Assembly (NCBI GenBank): GCA_051362555.1
Contig: CM120641.1
Span: forward strand, 40,802,401-40,866,400
From: Lingula anatina
Taxonomy: Eukaryota; Animalia; Brachiopoda
Direction of reading: 5' to 3'
Length of the DNA: 64,000 nt
The notes under the pieces were generated by a model, which saw only the letters and a list, made by a program, of their open reading frames with translations, was not told the DNA's origin and did not search any database. The translations under genes and the position numbers were made by a program. Positions within the stretch are counted from its first letter, which is position 1, and each line of letters begins with the position of its first letter. This document shows, in pieces, positions 38,289 through 51,739 of the stretch.

Positions 38289-41142
38289 ATTGTTTTGATT
38301 CGTGACAGCAAAATCAATGCTAGCGGATGTTGGAAGCTAAAAACTTATTAATTATATAGGCCTATAAGGAGCGAATTAAGTGCATGGGTTTTGCTTGTGT
38401 TTTCAATACATTTTCAAATTTAAAGCCCTAGTCAACTTTACCCATTCAATTCAAGACTGTAATTTTGCAGAATTTCAGGGAAAATACGCAGAATATCCGT
38501 GGATAACTTTTTAAAAAGTTATTTTCGTTGTCGCACTTCACTCGCTAGTCTGCCATTATTCATGACCCACACTCTCCTCCACATTTCCAAAAATCTCGCT
38601 AAATATTCTTTCGCAACTTTGGGCTCTTCTGTGTTTCTTCTGTGCATTGCCTCATCGATGTATTTTATTATCTGTTTCAAGTTTTTTCAGAAATATCTGT
38701 TTTTCGCTTTTAATGCATTTTAAACAAATGCTCCCCCCTAGATAGAAGAAGGAAAACGGGCCAACAAACAAACAAATTTTAAAAAAGCATTATGTCAAGC
38801 CAGTGACCCAATTTGAACTTTAAAAAATAGGTGTGCAACACGCTAACAGGTAGCCTACTTTCAACGCGCTGAAAAAAAATCACAAGGTATAGCGAAATGC
38901 ATATCTTTCATTTCTAAGAAAGTGATACCCATTTGGCGTGTGGCAATAAATGAGAACCAGGAATGTGTGACGCCCCACACATCGGGTAATTCATTCATAG
39001 AACAACATGTAAGTTATGGTCTACATAAAAAAATACCGTCTGAGGTTAATAGCATCGATCGCTACACAACATCGCCACCTTTTGGCAAACAAATACACTG
39101 AAAATTCTTATTCATACTCAGGCAATGTCATGTCAAGGTCTTTCTAAGCATTTATATTCACAGCGGCGTTATAGAGGGTTTTGTACGCTCTCCAATGAAA
39201 GGAATCATTACCTCTTACTGCGTGTGTTGACATGATGTTTTAGAGGGCAAGGAAGGTGATTTGGTAACAGAGTCCTCCAATTACATTAGCCGTCATACGA
39301 CGCGTCAAAGCTCCGTGAAGGTGACCCCATTCCCTCAGATCTGTCCAAATAGTCGCATACGGTAAGTCGGCATGGTCTAGAAATGTCAAAATGGTTTGGT
39401 AAAATTTGTACTAAGTGATCCAACACGGGCGTTCAGGTGGTATTTATGACGTATTGACGTTCAATAGATAACACTTAATCTTATCTTATCAAAGAGGTAA
39501 TAGTGGAAAAGCCGATGTGATCGGTAGCGCATCAGAAATTGTAATTAGGCCCTATTGGTATTATTTAAATATTATTACCATCGTATTTCTTGCTTTTCTT
39601 ATCATTATCATTGTAATATTTATTATCGTTTTGGGGTGGGGTAGAGGAGAGAATATGCCAGTACCTTCACGTAACTATATATATACAGTGAAACTAGGTT
39701 AAAAAAATCAAAAATAACGAAAAAAGGTTATTGACCCATTTTAATCTGGGAAATCCCCAATGGTTCCAAGTACCGGCATACAACACTAAGAAAATTCTAG
39801 ATTGTTCTGACGGAAAGATTTTATTTCGTGTTTCGAAATCCCTCAGTGTGGGTTATATTAAAATTTTCTCGACCTTTGTTCTAACCTTTTAAGAAAAGCT
39901 TCTGGAGAAGGGGAACTTGCGTTATATTTAACATGATATTTAAGAACCCGGAAGCGCCACCGTATTTTTAAGGGCAGGTATACATTTTTAAAGGAAAAAA
40001 TTCACCCTCTGTAATTCTATATGTGTGTACACGGGTTGTGCACTGGGTCATATACATAGGGTTACAGTTATTACGCAGGTTAGTCATCTCACGTAGGCGG
40101 GTTTTGGTGGTTGATAAAAAATCGTTGGTCATGTTATAAATCAAAAGAAATCAATACTATCATAACCTGCAAGATGGTAAGGTTGACTAGCGAACGTTGT
40201 TGATAATGGCAGCATTTTATGAAATGACTTTTACTAGGAACAAAGCTACTGTATATAAACTAAGAAATGCGGTCATCAAATGCTAGCGGGACAAATGTGC
40301 CGGAAACCGCCCTAAAATGACATCATTTTAAGCATGAATGATTCAACAAAAAACTAAAATGTGGAAGATATTTATCGATTGAGATACAGATTGAACACGA
40401 AGGTCACATTTATCTCTTTCATTACTTTTTCATTTGCTGCTAATGTCGGTGGAGGTTCTTGTTTCCTCATTTCTGGTTCTGTGATGGAAATACAATTCCT
40501 CAAATAATGATAGTTGATGCTTAATTTTTACTTAATTATGCGATCTCTCGTTTGACTGCCTGCAAAGAAAGAGATTTTTTATTGTTATTGTGATAATGGT
40601 GTGCATAGTTTAAGTATGGACGGACGGATAGGTGGATGGATAATACTTTTTAAGACCTGGGATTGATAACAAGACAAGATTTAATATAATAATAATAACA
40701 CGATAAAATAAAATGATTGCAAGAACATCATCGTGAATTCTAAAATAAAGCGCTTTAAGATTTTGCAATATGTTATTGTGAAAGTTTCCTTGAGATAAGA
40801 TAAATTGTTATTGAAGAAACAATTTTCTTATCTTGCGGCATTAATATCCCTGTAGAACGTGGGACTTAATCGTTGGGGTGATTGAGTGCTTTCCCTCAAT
40901 TTCTCCAACTTATGACAAAAGATTAAGTGGGGTTATTGAAGTGTTTCTTTGGAGCACGTTGAGATGATGAATTAGTCATCAATTCTTTAATTGCTTGTCG
41001 AATTATCTACCACGGTAAGCGTAGGCCTACTACAGATGTATACTGGTGTCGTAGGTAGCAGTGAAATGGCAGTATTACTGTTGTATTAAGTCGTGTAAGG
41101 GCTCGAGAAAAAGTTACTTAGTAATCGTGCGTATGCCACTGG

Positions 41143-41176
41143 TGTGTGTGTGTATGTGTGTGTGTGTGTGTGTGTG
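41143..41176. repeat. (TG)n microsatellite
   Basis: TG run with one interruption. Confidence 0.92.
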
Positions 41177-41869
41177 AATTGTTATCTTAGTAAATATGAG
41201 ATTAAAGTATAAGAATCTCTATAGATATATAGGTTATCACCCCCTCCCCTTCCCCGCTACTCACCCCAAGGCTGACTGAGATATAGTTTAACCACACGTA
41301 GTAGATAAAATGCCTGGCATTCGATTCCAGCCTCATGAATCCTTAATTTTTCTCTAAACTATTTATTCCACTTATAATCCATTCGCTCTTATCGGTAGTA
41401 CTTGTGCTTTCTTTTTCTACTTGTATTTGGAGTGTAAACCGCACCTTTATAGACAAACAATATAATCGCCATTGCGAAATTTTAACAAGCGTGCACTCCC
41501 CGGTGTCATTTCTGATATATCCCCAGCATTTACTATGCCTCTTCTGAATTCTAATTGACAGTAATGTTCGAAAGAGTTCAAAAGTAGTAGACAGTAAGTT
41601 GAGGAGTCGGGTCACAACGAACAATTATTGGCCTACTTTTCGTTCCCCCTTTTTATTGAGTATTATAAGATATCACAATGACAGTGTAACCTTGAAGTAA
41701 AAAAAAATCCAAGACAGTCCACTAAACATCCTTTTTTTTCCGGTTGGCTTTAAAGGTGCTCGCCACCAGGTCGGTGAACCCACATGCCTTCGCGCACGTC
41801 GTCAAGTACATTTCTATATTGAGAAAAAGTAGACTAAACGCAGCCAAACCAAACGTCAGATGTTAAGCC

Positions 41870-44800
41870 ATGAGCGTCAAAGCAAGCACACCGGACCATG
41901 CGGATGAGATGGAGGTTGAACTAAGGACTGGAGACTCGGAAGAAGAAGAAAAGGTAAGTTAATATGATCTAATATGGATTGTAACCCCGTTAGAACTGTA
42001 TATTGATGAGATTAAAATTATTCTGTACTTTTAACTGGGCGGGTAATGTTTATTGTGCGATTGTCACGAATCTTAACATGCCCTACTGAATAGATATGAT
42101 ATGTCATATCAATTATTAAAACGGGAAATGTTTCTGGTAATTATTTATCTAGATTTACCTTTTAAGGACAACGTTTTCAGGATATGTCTGTATAACCGTG
42201 CCGCTTATTTTAATCTTTGAAAATGAAATTGTAATTTTATACTTCTAGATAGTTTTCAGACCTATGACAGAACATTTATTATTCGTCAGATCTCCATTCC
42301 ATATTCCTTTAAATCAACTATCATTATTGTTACCTACGTGGTACAATCGTGACACGTGTAGACAACGCAGGTCATAGGTATTGAGAAGGAGACGTAAAAG
42401 ACATTTGTTCTCTTCATTGTGAATGTCAGTATTCGAGAGAAGTAGCACGTGGATGTGCTACCTGACATGACCCAGTTTTAAGGTGAAATATGTGCCCCGC
42501 CATGGTAACGTAACCACGAGAGCCACAGCTCAAAGCGTGATCAGCTGGCTGGTACGTGTTTTACGGCATCTCGTCGGGTACATTTATTACCGCAAACGTG
42601 CTTTTTTTACGTTAGCATGTGGGCTTTATTTAGCAGTATATCTTGGTTTTTTAGTATCATACAATCCTTAATTCCCACTCATCCTACGGGTTTAATGTGT
42701 CTGATAAAAGGAGTACGTTTGAGACCACATTGTTGAAAGCCGAAGGAGTGTCTTGCATTTCATTATCACACTATTATTATTATTATTTTCTTTTCCTGGA
42801 ATACTTTTTTAAAATGAAATAATCTATCATCTTAACGCTCTTTAAATGCAGATTTAAATTAAAATTTACTGTCTGAATGCATATATTGCGTTTCTTCTTT
42901 TGTAACAAAATGAAGCGAGTTTTGTGGTTGTCTAGCAGTATGACTTCAATTCATAGATGATCAGCAATAATAAAGCTTCATTTGTTTATATTCAAAGACA
43001 TTTGCCCCTATACCTCTAGATATACTATGTTTAAAATGTTAAGTTTCAATGGAAACAAACAAAAAACGGAAATGTGGGAGCAAGCACTGAGTCATACAGC
43101 GACAAAAGGTGATAAAGGCACAGCGGAATTTTTTTAAATCAAGATTTATATGTTGCTGATGATCATCACATGGCTTAGACATGCCCTTCATGAGACAGAT
43201 AAACTGAAATTACTTTATTCAAAAACTCGTAACCCGAGGTTACCCTTGCAGACTTATAATGGTAATAGACGGTGATGAAATATTGTCTCGACCACAGAGA
43301 TCCAAGAATGACCTGAAAGACGCGTTTTCGTAATGCCTTTGGTGATGAATAAAGTTACGTGGAGATAGACAAAGAGCGTGAAGTATGGAAGGCAAGATTG
43401 AACTCTATGACATGTAATATTTCATGGCAATGAGGGAAACCATTTGCCTTGGATAAATGCAAATTTTCACTTATTTTTCAAGGTTATTTTAAGTCTCGTA
43501 AACCAATTAAGCTCGAGCATACTGTACAAACCCACAGTTTAAGATAGCTCTTATTTATTTGTCTGGATTTTTTTAAAAAGCAATTTATTTTGGGTAAGAT
43601 AATTAATACAGTTTTCTATATTGCATGCACTTATGAACCGTTAAGCTTAGGCTTACCCAGGAAAGATATATATATATGTATACTATTTCAACACTTGCGG
43701 TTTTTCCTGTTGTTCATGATATTCAGGTTAAGCTCAAAGTTTGCGCAAGAGAATGCGTGCTATGAATGGTTCTTGCACAACCTCTTTTAGACATGTTAGA
43801 AACACTTTGTTAACCGTTACTGACACTTGCTCTTCGCCAGGTATCTTCCCAGTCGCTCTCCAGCTGTTACAAAAGTTGATGAAAATGTACTTTCGACCAA
43901 TTTTGTATCATCTAGAGAGACCAGTGATAGAGAGTATCTGGCACTTATTAAGGGTTAAATGACCGGACTTCTATTTATTAGATTGTTTATGTATTCAATT
44001 ACGTAGGTGGACTTGTTATGTGTTTATTCATTAATTCATTCAATATGGCTTCCTTTCGGTCCCAAGAGACATATGTAAATGCAGTTGGAGAAGTATTGCT
44101 ACGTACATCAATTTTTGAAAATCGTGTCCTAGTAAAAGCATCAGATATTTGTCGTTGTGATGAGCAGCAAGGCGTATTGATAAGTCGTGTAGTAACAATC
44201 GTGTGGGTGAATTTCCTACATTTATGCTACATTAGCAATCAGGAAGAACAAAAGGAAAAAAACGTATAACGCAAATCAATGCTAAATTGACATCTATGCT
44301 CACGGCTTGATGAAATGAGACAAGTGAGAATTATGAGGAGTTTGGATAAAATACATCTTCAGTGAGATGAATGTTACAGAAATACCCAGAAGAGTATCTC
44401 TCATTATCTTATCTAAAGAATAACAGATACCCTAGTAATGGTTCTAGAATCAGTTGACGGAGTATCGATCACTAAAATCTTCCTAGATCGTTACACTGCA
44501 TTAACTACTGCTGAAGCGCCGCCAGCAAGATATACCTGGGCATTTTTTTTAAAGAGGGCTTCGTACTTTTTTCAATTCCACAACATGCATTGATTTAACA
44601 AGCGCCACAAACACATAAATCAGTTCCGCAAGATGTTTTTTTTTTCAAATTGCCGATACCGTATGCACTGCAGACTTGAGAATCTTGCATTTACATTGAA
44701 TTTCTAATTGCCTAACTGACCGAGTATGTAAATGAGACCTGTGCCATCCTTTATAACGCTTTCAAGATTGAGAACACACGCCTTTAGCGATAGAAAATAA

Positions 44801-47800
44801 AGTCGTAGACTAATTCGATTTGGTCGTCGAAGATATCACTGCCACATAGATTTGATTTGCCTAGTCAAATCACAGAGCATCAATTGACACTTCCTGTGTT
44901 TAAAAGGTTAATTAGCATTATAGTCCATGTTGCTTAGCTGTATTGCTAAATTAATTTTCTGTGTTAAAAAGGTTAATTAACGTTAGCTTCCATGTTGGTT
45001 AGTTGTCTTGCTAAATTATTTTTTTTTTCGTTTTTAATTTACCACTGCAAACTGTTTTCCTTGAGTTGCAAAATCATTGTCTGTTGAGTTTCAGAACCAG
45101 CTTTTACGTTTTCAAATTTCCAGTTATGCCCGCTTGTCACACCCGAACTTGGCAAAATTTGATCGAGGTTTTTGCGCTAATCACATATGTTACACGGGTC
45201 TGTAACCTACGCAACACACCCTTCCACCTGTTCTGCGAGCCCACGATGTCCTAATGACTGGGTGCGCGGCTGTTCTTGTTGCGGTAAACTTTCACAAAAC
45301 TTACTGCTGTCGGCCAGAGTTCGATAAGCGTGCGCATTTGAAAGGATGAGCATCAAGAAGCTGAAACTCAGACAGAAAGTTCAAGTAGAGCGCAATGCCC
45401 GTTTATTGAATTACTGCACAGCATCTCTTGGACTGCGATTTAGAAGAGTATCGGTAAATTTTGATTTGACAACAACAGGAGTGGTCTGTACTTTACCTGA
45501 AAGAATGGTTTATGAACGATTGCAAACCCTCATTTTCAACCAAGTAGGTCAGTTCCCCGCTCCCCCAACCACCACCTCTTAAAACTAGCTTCTAACTCAC
45601 CTGCACTGAGCTATGAAACCACAAGTTCTTTTGTTTTTTTTTATACATCAAGGTTGTTCTCTAAATAAATTTACAAATCTGAGTTTGCATGAAACTGTAT
45701 AATTGTCGGAAATTCTTCGACTTTTTTTAGTTAGCGTTTTGTAAAATGAACCAGGTATACGTAACAGACGTAATGTCTTTCAAATATTTTTTCACAAATG
45801 TAGTTTTGACACTTTGAATAAATGAAAAGGGTTGTGTGTCCGTTATTCGAGAGCATTACATCTTGCAGTCTCTTGTACATTTACTAGTACTGTTATCAAC
45901 ACAAATTCCCTCCTGTTTCAAACGCTCGGCAAGGTGCGCATTTGCCTTCTACCCAGGCGGTACAGATCATTTAAGGTTAGGAAATTAATTTTCTCTCTCT
46001 GTTTTTCTTGTGCTCGGTTAGGCACCACCGGGAGTGCAATTTTAAAAAGTACCAATTCACTTCTGGAACACTGGCAAAACGATGAGAAAAAAGTGTTGTA
46101 TTACAGAAATGCCACCATTGTATTATAATTATGGCTTTCGAGGAACCACATGAGAAGTCCAGCACGTGAGCGGAGTTTTCCCTTGAGTCAGGAAAACGAA
46201 GCTGGTTCAAGGTGATCCTTGTTGTAAAGGTCATGTTATTTGTACTCAGTACTTACAGTAACTATGTAGATTTTCTAGACTTATCATCTGTATCATTTTA
46301 AAGCCCCGGTCCGGTTGGTTGCATTTCTATTAAGCCAATGATTTCGATCATTCAAGAGAAGCAGTTTTGACAAGCTTAAAACATCGTCTAGTCTTGATTG
46401 ATGTATTGAACAATTCTAAACGTGTTATGGACCTGTTCTTGTGCTGGATAGTTTTCCTAAAAACAGTTGCTAACTGAGTTTAATAAATAAACACCATGCT
46501 ATGTGCATTTAACAACAGGCTGTTTCAAAAAAAAAAAAAAAACTGTTATATATTGATTAATATCTATGTGAAACGAAGCTGAAAGAGAGGATAACAGTTA
46601 ATATCAATAACTGGATTGCAGATATTTCTGTAAAACGATAATCTAGAGGAAATTGAATTGTGTACGATATGCCACTGAATAGCCTGGAGCATATGAAGGG
46701 GAGGACCGATTTCTGCGCAAATGATGTCAGAACCTGACCGAAAAAAATCACTGAATCTCAATAAGTGGATGGCGGATGGTTACTGTAAAACAATTAGCGA
46801 AGGGGAATTGAATTGTATGCAATATGCCAATAAATTCCCAGGGGCTTGTGAAAAAATGACCATTTTTGAAAATGCTCCATAAATATTTATGCTCTTCGCT
46901 AATTCATGCCATCTTTGTAGTTATTAGTGTGATCGTGAAGACGAAGCGAGAAAGAAAACTGGTTGAAGAGGGGGGGGGGGTCAGGATTTAACATGGTATG
47001 GGCATAGAATTCTTTTTAGATCAAGTTTCCAAGCGAAAAATCATGTAAGAAAGCCTGAAGAAGAGGACCATGTGCAAATGGAGACTAAAATTCATTAACC
47101 GCACGGTATCGTGTTTCCTCATGGTCTTTGAGACAAACTTTACCTATCTATTTTTGTGTCGCCCCCTACTTTTTCTCGTTTATATGAATTCGATTGCAGA
47201 TTTATCTTCCAGTTCGTCCCAAACAAATGATTTCAACAAAAAAAAAAGATGTCGATATATGACAGTTTTACACAAATCATTATAAATTTCAGCAGTCGAA
47301 AACATGCTGCCAGAAGATCCGCAGTCAACCTATTGGTCGTGTCATTGTCCTGTTAGCCTCCTTCTCTACAATGGTCATCATAGGGGGCATGGTATACAAC
47401 GTAGGGATGTTATATGTCGTCTTTCTGGACCAGTTTAAGGCGGATAGAGCAACGACGGCATGGATTGGGTCGCTTCAGTTTGGAATGTTGAATGTGGCAG
47501 GTAAGGCAGTAGTAGGTGTTGCCGTATTACGGCTTGTTTGCTTTTTGATAAATCATCAGATAAATTTTAGATAAATGTATCCTTCTAATAAAGCTTTTAA
47601 CATGGTTCTGTTTCATTTTTAAGAGTACTTTTGTGTATTGCTCATTTTGTTTTGCTTATTTTGTTTGGCCAGAGACGTACTGCAATACCTGCACATCCTT
47701 TTGTGGTATCCGAACGTGCGCGCAAATGTAGGGCTTCGCCAAGTTATTTGATTGATCCTAGTTGGTTTTCAGTTGAGGGCCGCCAGCAAAGAGAAAAACA

Positions 47801-50800
47801 CAAATTCAACAAAAATATTCCCTGTGGCGCCGTTGTAATACTATTGTAATGAATAATTTAAAAATACACAGACAATAATGCAACCCTGGATGGTCTATTT
47901 GCAATAACGCAATTCATTTTCAGTGATCGCCTCAAGTAACACAATAACAATATATTGCCTAGGTATCAAATACGTTGTAGCTTGCAACCTGTTTTAACAA
48001 TAAAAATTATGATGATGTAAAATGCCTCCTTTTTGCTAAGGGCAACTTCTTGCTGCAAAATACCCCATGAAAACTATAATGAAATTCAAATGTTTGCGAA
48101 AATTCATATGCATGCAGAAGTTATGGTATGGACATCTTTCTCTAAGTTGGCATTAATTGGATACAAGTATGTATCTATTAGGATAACTGACAAGATATTT
48201 AGACTAAATTACCTCACCTTTCAGCTATGCAGGGTACACAAAAGCCATGATATGCTAAGGTCGTATTCTAAAGGACCAATAAACAGTCATCCAAATTTGA
48301 AAAAAGAATAATCATATCATTAATAAATAGGTATATAAAATTTAAAAAGTAACTTTTTGAAACAAAATCAAAATCAGAAGGACAGGGATAACTTCTTTCA
48401 CAGGCTGTGTTCGTTTGCCTAAAATCAATTTACTTTTTTTTATACTTTGCATGGAGTTCGCGGAGAAGACAAGTGGCTGATTCTACTGTCTACAGTAAAT
48501 AACATAAATCTATCAGCAATTACATAAAGCAAATACTGAAGTTCATTGTTCCAAAGTTTTTTTTAATGTATTTTGCCATGTCTTGTATTTTTATATTTTT
48601 AATATTTTAGGTCCAGTTGCTGGGGTAATCTCTCAAAAATTCAGCTGCAGGTTCAGCGTGATAATAGGTGGACTACTGGTATCAACAGGGTTGGTTGTAA
48701 GTGCTTTTGCCACCAGTGTCTATTACCTAATAGCTTCATGTGGACTATTAGTAGGTAAGTGATGCTTTTAGCAGATGAGATTTTGCAAGTGGATCCTGTT
48801 TGTAAGACTTGCCCTGATGGTTTTAGCAATTCATCACCACCGCATATTGAGTAAAGTGTCAGGCGACTGAGCAATTTTCTATATGAGAAATGGCAATAAA
48901 GGCATTTTCTTACAAAAACATACAAAATAATTGAAGACAACTTATTTTGTTGCCATGGTTTTAAGAATATTAGCAACAGCAGACACGATATTTATTTCTC
49001 TTTGCCATTAATTCAATAGTGTTGCTCATATCCTTGCAAAGTTAGTAACAGAATTCACACAAGGATATGGTTATTGCCATGATACAAAAAGAAGCAACAC
49101 TCAATTATGGGCTGGCATGGCATGATATATTACAATACAGTCTTGGGATGGAATTAATGAAAAGCATAGAAAGCAATGCAAATTTGAACTGAAGTCTGTA
49201 CACTTTATCTTATCCATACCGTGCTTCAGCATAAAATGCCATAAACAGTTTGTATCCAAATTGCTGTATAGTAAGCACTTTACCTCAAGTGAGCGCATTA
49301 TCCATGGTGTATTACCTAAAAAAACATGGACTTTGGTGAATGTAATTAGCACTGGCATTTTTGAAAAAGACACCAGGTAAATAAAACTGTTTCAAATACA
49401 GATTTTTCATCAGCACTGGCATATACGATACTTCTTCAGTAAATTGCCTGTTTAAAGCAATCCTCTTTTTCACATTTCATTTCACAAGATACATTTCAAG
49501 ACTTTAACTCAAAAATATTTTCCGATGTATTTCAGGTATTGGCTATGGTCTGTCCTACTCTCCCTCCGTTGTTATGGTTGGACTGTTATTTGCCAGGCGC
49601 AGGATCCTAGCAACAGCATTTGCCGTGGCAGGGATGAGCATCGGGCAGCTTTCTTACCCCTTCCTTATCGAGAATTTAGTGCATAAATTTGGCTGGAGGG
49701 GTGCATTGCTCCTTATGGGAGGCATTGCACTGCACATCGTATTGTTTGGGTTTCTTATGAGTCCTACAATTGCGTATGCAGGACGCAGTACTACCAAGAA
49801 GGGACCACCACCAACACATAAAAAACAAATGGTCACAGATCCAGGGATTCTTTGTAACCCTCACTTTGACATCTATGTATTCAGTCTGTTTTTATTTGCT
49901 TTTGGACTGTCAATTGTGTCAGTCCATCTCCCTGCCCTTGGGAATGAGATTCATTTGAATGCAGATCAGAGAGCAAGACTCATGTCATTTATGGGCATGG
50001 CAAACCTCCTGGGGCGTATTATCCTCGGGATAATAGGTAACAGTGGAAAAGTAGGCGTGGTGCTTCTTCACTGTATCACCTGTGGTTTCTCTGGACTTGT
50101 GATGGTGTTCTATTCACAGTGTCATTCCTTTACAGCATTGGTGCTCACATCCATGGCCTATGGATTGTTTAGCTGTGGATTTGCTCTCTTTTTATCTCTC
50201 GTTGCCATCGAGTTGCTGGGTCTGAGAAATATTGCCTTTGGTCTGGGCATTGCAATGATGGGAGTGGGATTTGGACTCTTCACGGGTGCACCCACTGGAG
50301 GTAAAAATAATTTTTATTCATTTTTTAAAAATTCACTGCCAAGTGAATCTTACATTTAAACACGTGCAGTTGAACCATCAAAATATATTTGACAAATAAA
50401 TAGGTATCCCCTAATGATTGAATTGATAAAATATTTTCCCATATTTCAAGAAATTGAGTATAGTAAAGAGGATGACATTTTTACTTTTATACCTATCTTG
50501 CCTGTGCATAAAGAAAGCACATTCAGGAAAACATGTGGATAAGAAAAAACCTTGAGTTAATTGATGAGCAGGACCATACTGCTTAGGCGAGGTGATAAAA
50601 TTGACTAGCAGGATGAGACACTTTCCGGTGTGATATCCAGGACTATTACTGTCAGTCTAAATGTCATGATAGTGCTGCGAAGAAATCAATTAGATAACAA
50701 ACAGATGGGTTAGTTCTGAAGTAAAGGTCACAAAATGCAAGAGATGATTTAATTCAATCATCTCTTTTTCATCAATTTCTCAGAGGCACACATCTGTGAT

Positions 50801-51739
50801 TTTTTTGCAGGTGTATTATTTCATACATCAGTTTAGTTACATTGCAGTTATTATATTTCTACAATCATTTTGGATATTTGCACAAATCAAGAAGATGTTT
50901 TTTATGATAAGCACTTATTATCCAGGGCATATCATCCCAAATGCATTAATAAGTTAGTTATTGTAAGCCAAAATGGAGGTGACCTATCAATAGCACATAT
51001 AAATCAGATGTGTTTTTTCTTACATTATTTTGCAATTATCATATTTCTTTAATCATATTTGGGTAGCTGCATGATCAAGCAAGAATAAAACACATTTCAT
51101 GATAGGTTTATAGTAGTAAGTTAATATAGTTGCCTTAAATCAAAACACAGACAACCTACGAAATGTAAAAGCAATAATTCAGGCTGGAAAGTAACTTCTA
51201 AAAAGAAAACGTAGCTCACAGTGTCTATACATATCATTAAATTGCCTAAGCTACTGAATTTGTCTTTGTCCTATGATTTATAAATCAAGGAATATAATTT
51301 TTTTTCTTTGTATATAAAGAGCAGAGAACCCAGGTTTTCAACACGTGTTAGCTTAAAGAGCCTTTTTTTTCTGAATAAAACCAACCCATGACCCTACTCT
51401 TTTATATAATAATTCAGCATTGTTTTATTTTCAGGATGGCTTTTTGATTTATCTGGTAGCTATAATGTTCCATTCTATGTTGGTGGGGGCATAGTCATCT
51501 GCAGTGGACTAATAATGTTACCATCCTGGCGATTATATGTCCATCCAGCAGAACATGATAAAATTACCATGAAAGATGATGAAGAAGATGAAGAGGATGA
51601 AGGAGAAGAAGAAGATGAAGAAAAGAATATTCAAAGTTCAGAGAGTCCTGTTACAGAAGAAATCCCACTTAAAACAGTAGAATCAGAAAAGGAAGTTAAT
51701 GAAGATGATTACGAGAAGCAATATGAAGAAATACAGTAA
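41870..51739 (+). CDS. Monocarboxylate transporter-like protein (SLC16 family, MFS), ~501 aa
   Basis: Exons 41870-41953, 47293-47500, 48611-48754, 49536-50300, 51435-51739 sum to 1506 nt in frame. SLC16-type segments TAWIGSL, GPVAGVISQKFSCRFSVIIGG, GIGYGLSYSPSVVMVGLLFARRRILATA, FGWRGALLLMGG, LLGRII and GWLFDLSGSY, with an acidic C-tail. The first exon is the least certain. Confidence 0.9.
44895..45025. repeat. Degenerate tandem duplication (2 x ~65 bp)
   Basis: TGTGTT-AAAAGGTTAATTA...TCCATGTTG-TTAG-TGT-TTGCTAAATTA occurs at ~44895 and ~44960. Confidence 0.8.
46600..46865. repeat. Degenerate tandem duplication (~155 bp period)
   Basis: Blocks TCAATAA-TGGAT, CTGTAAAAC and AATTGAATTGT...ATATGCCA recur in the same order about 155 bp apart. 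Confidence 0.65.

Noticed and set aside
41269-41334. Possible tRNA or tRNA-derived SINE (TTCGATTCC within a short stem)
   Set aside because: No convincing D-arm, anticodon arm or A-box, and the B-box is imperfect.
45066-46234. Several 60-100 aa ORFs in SLC16 intron 1
   Set aside because: No motifs and no consistent splice chain; the number fits chance expectation.
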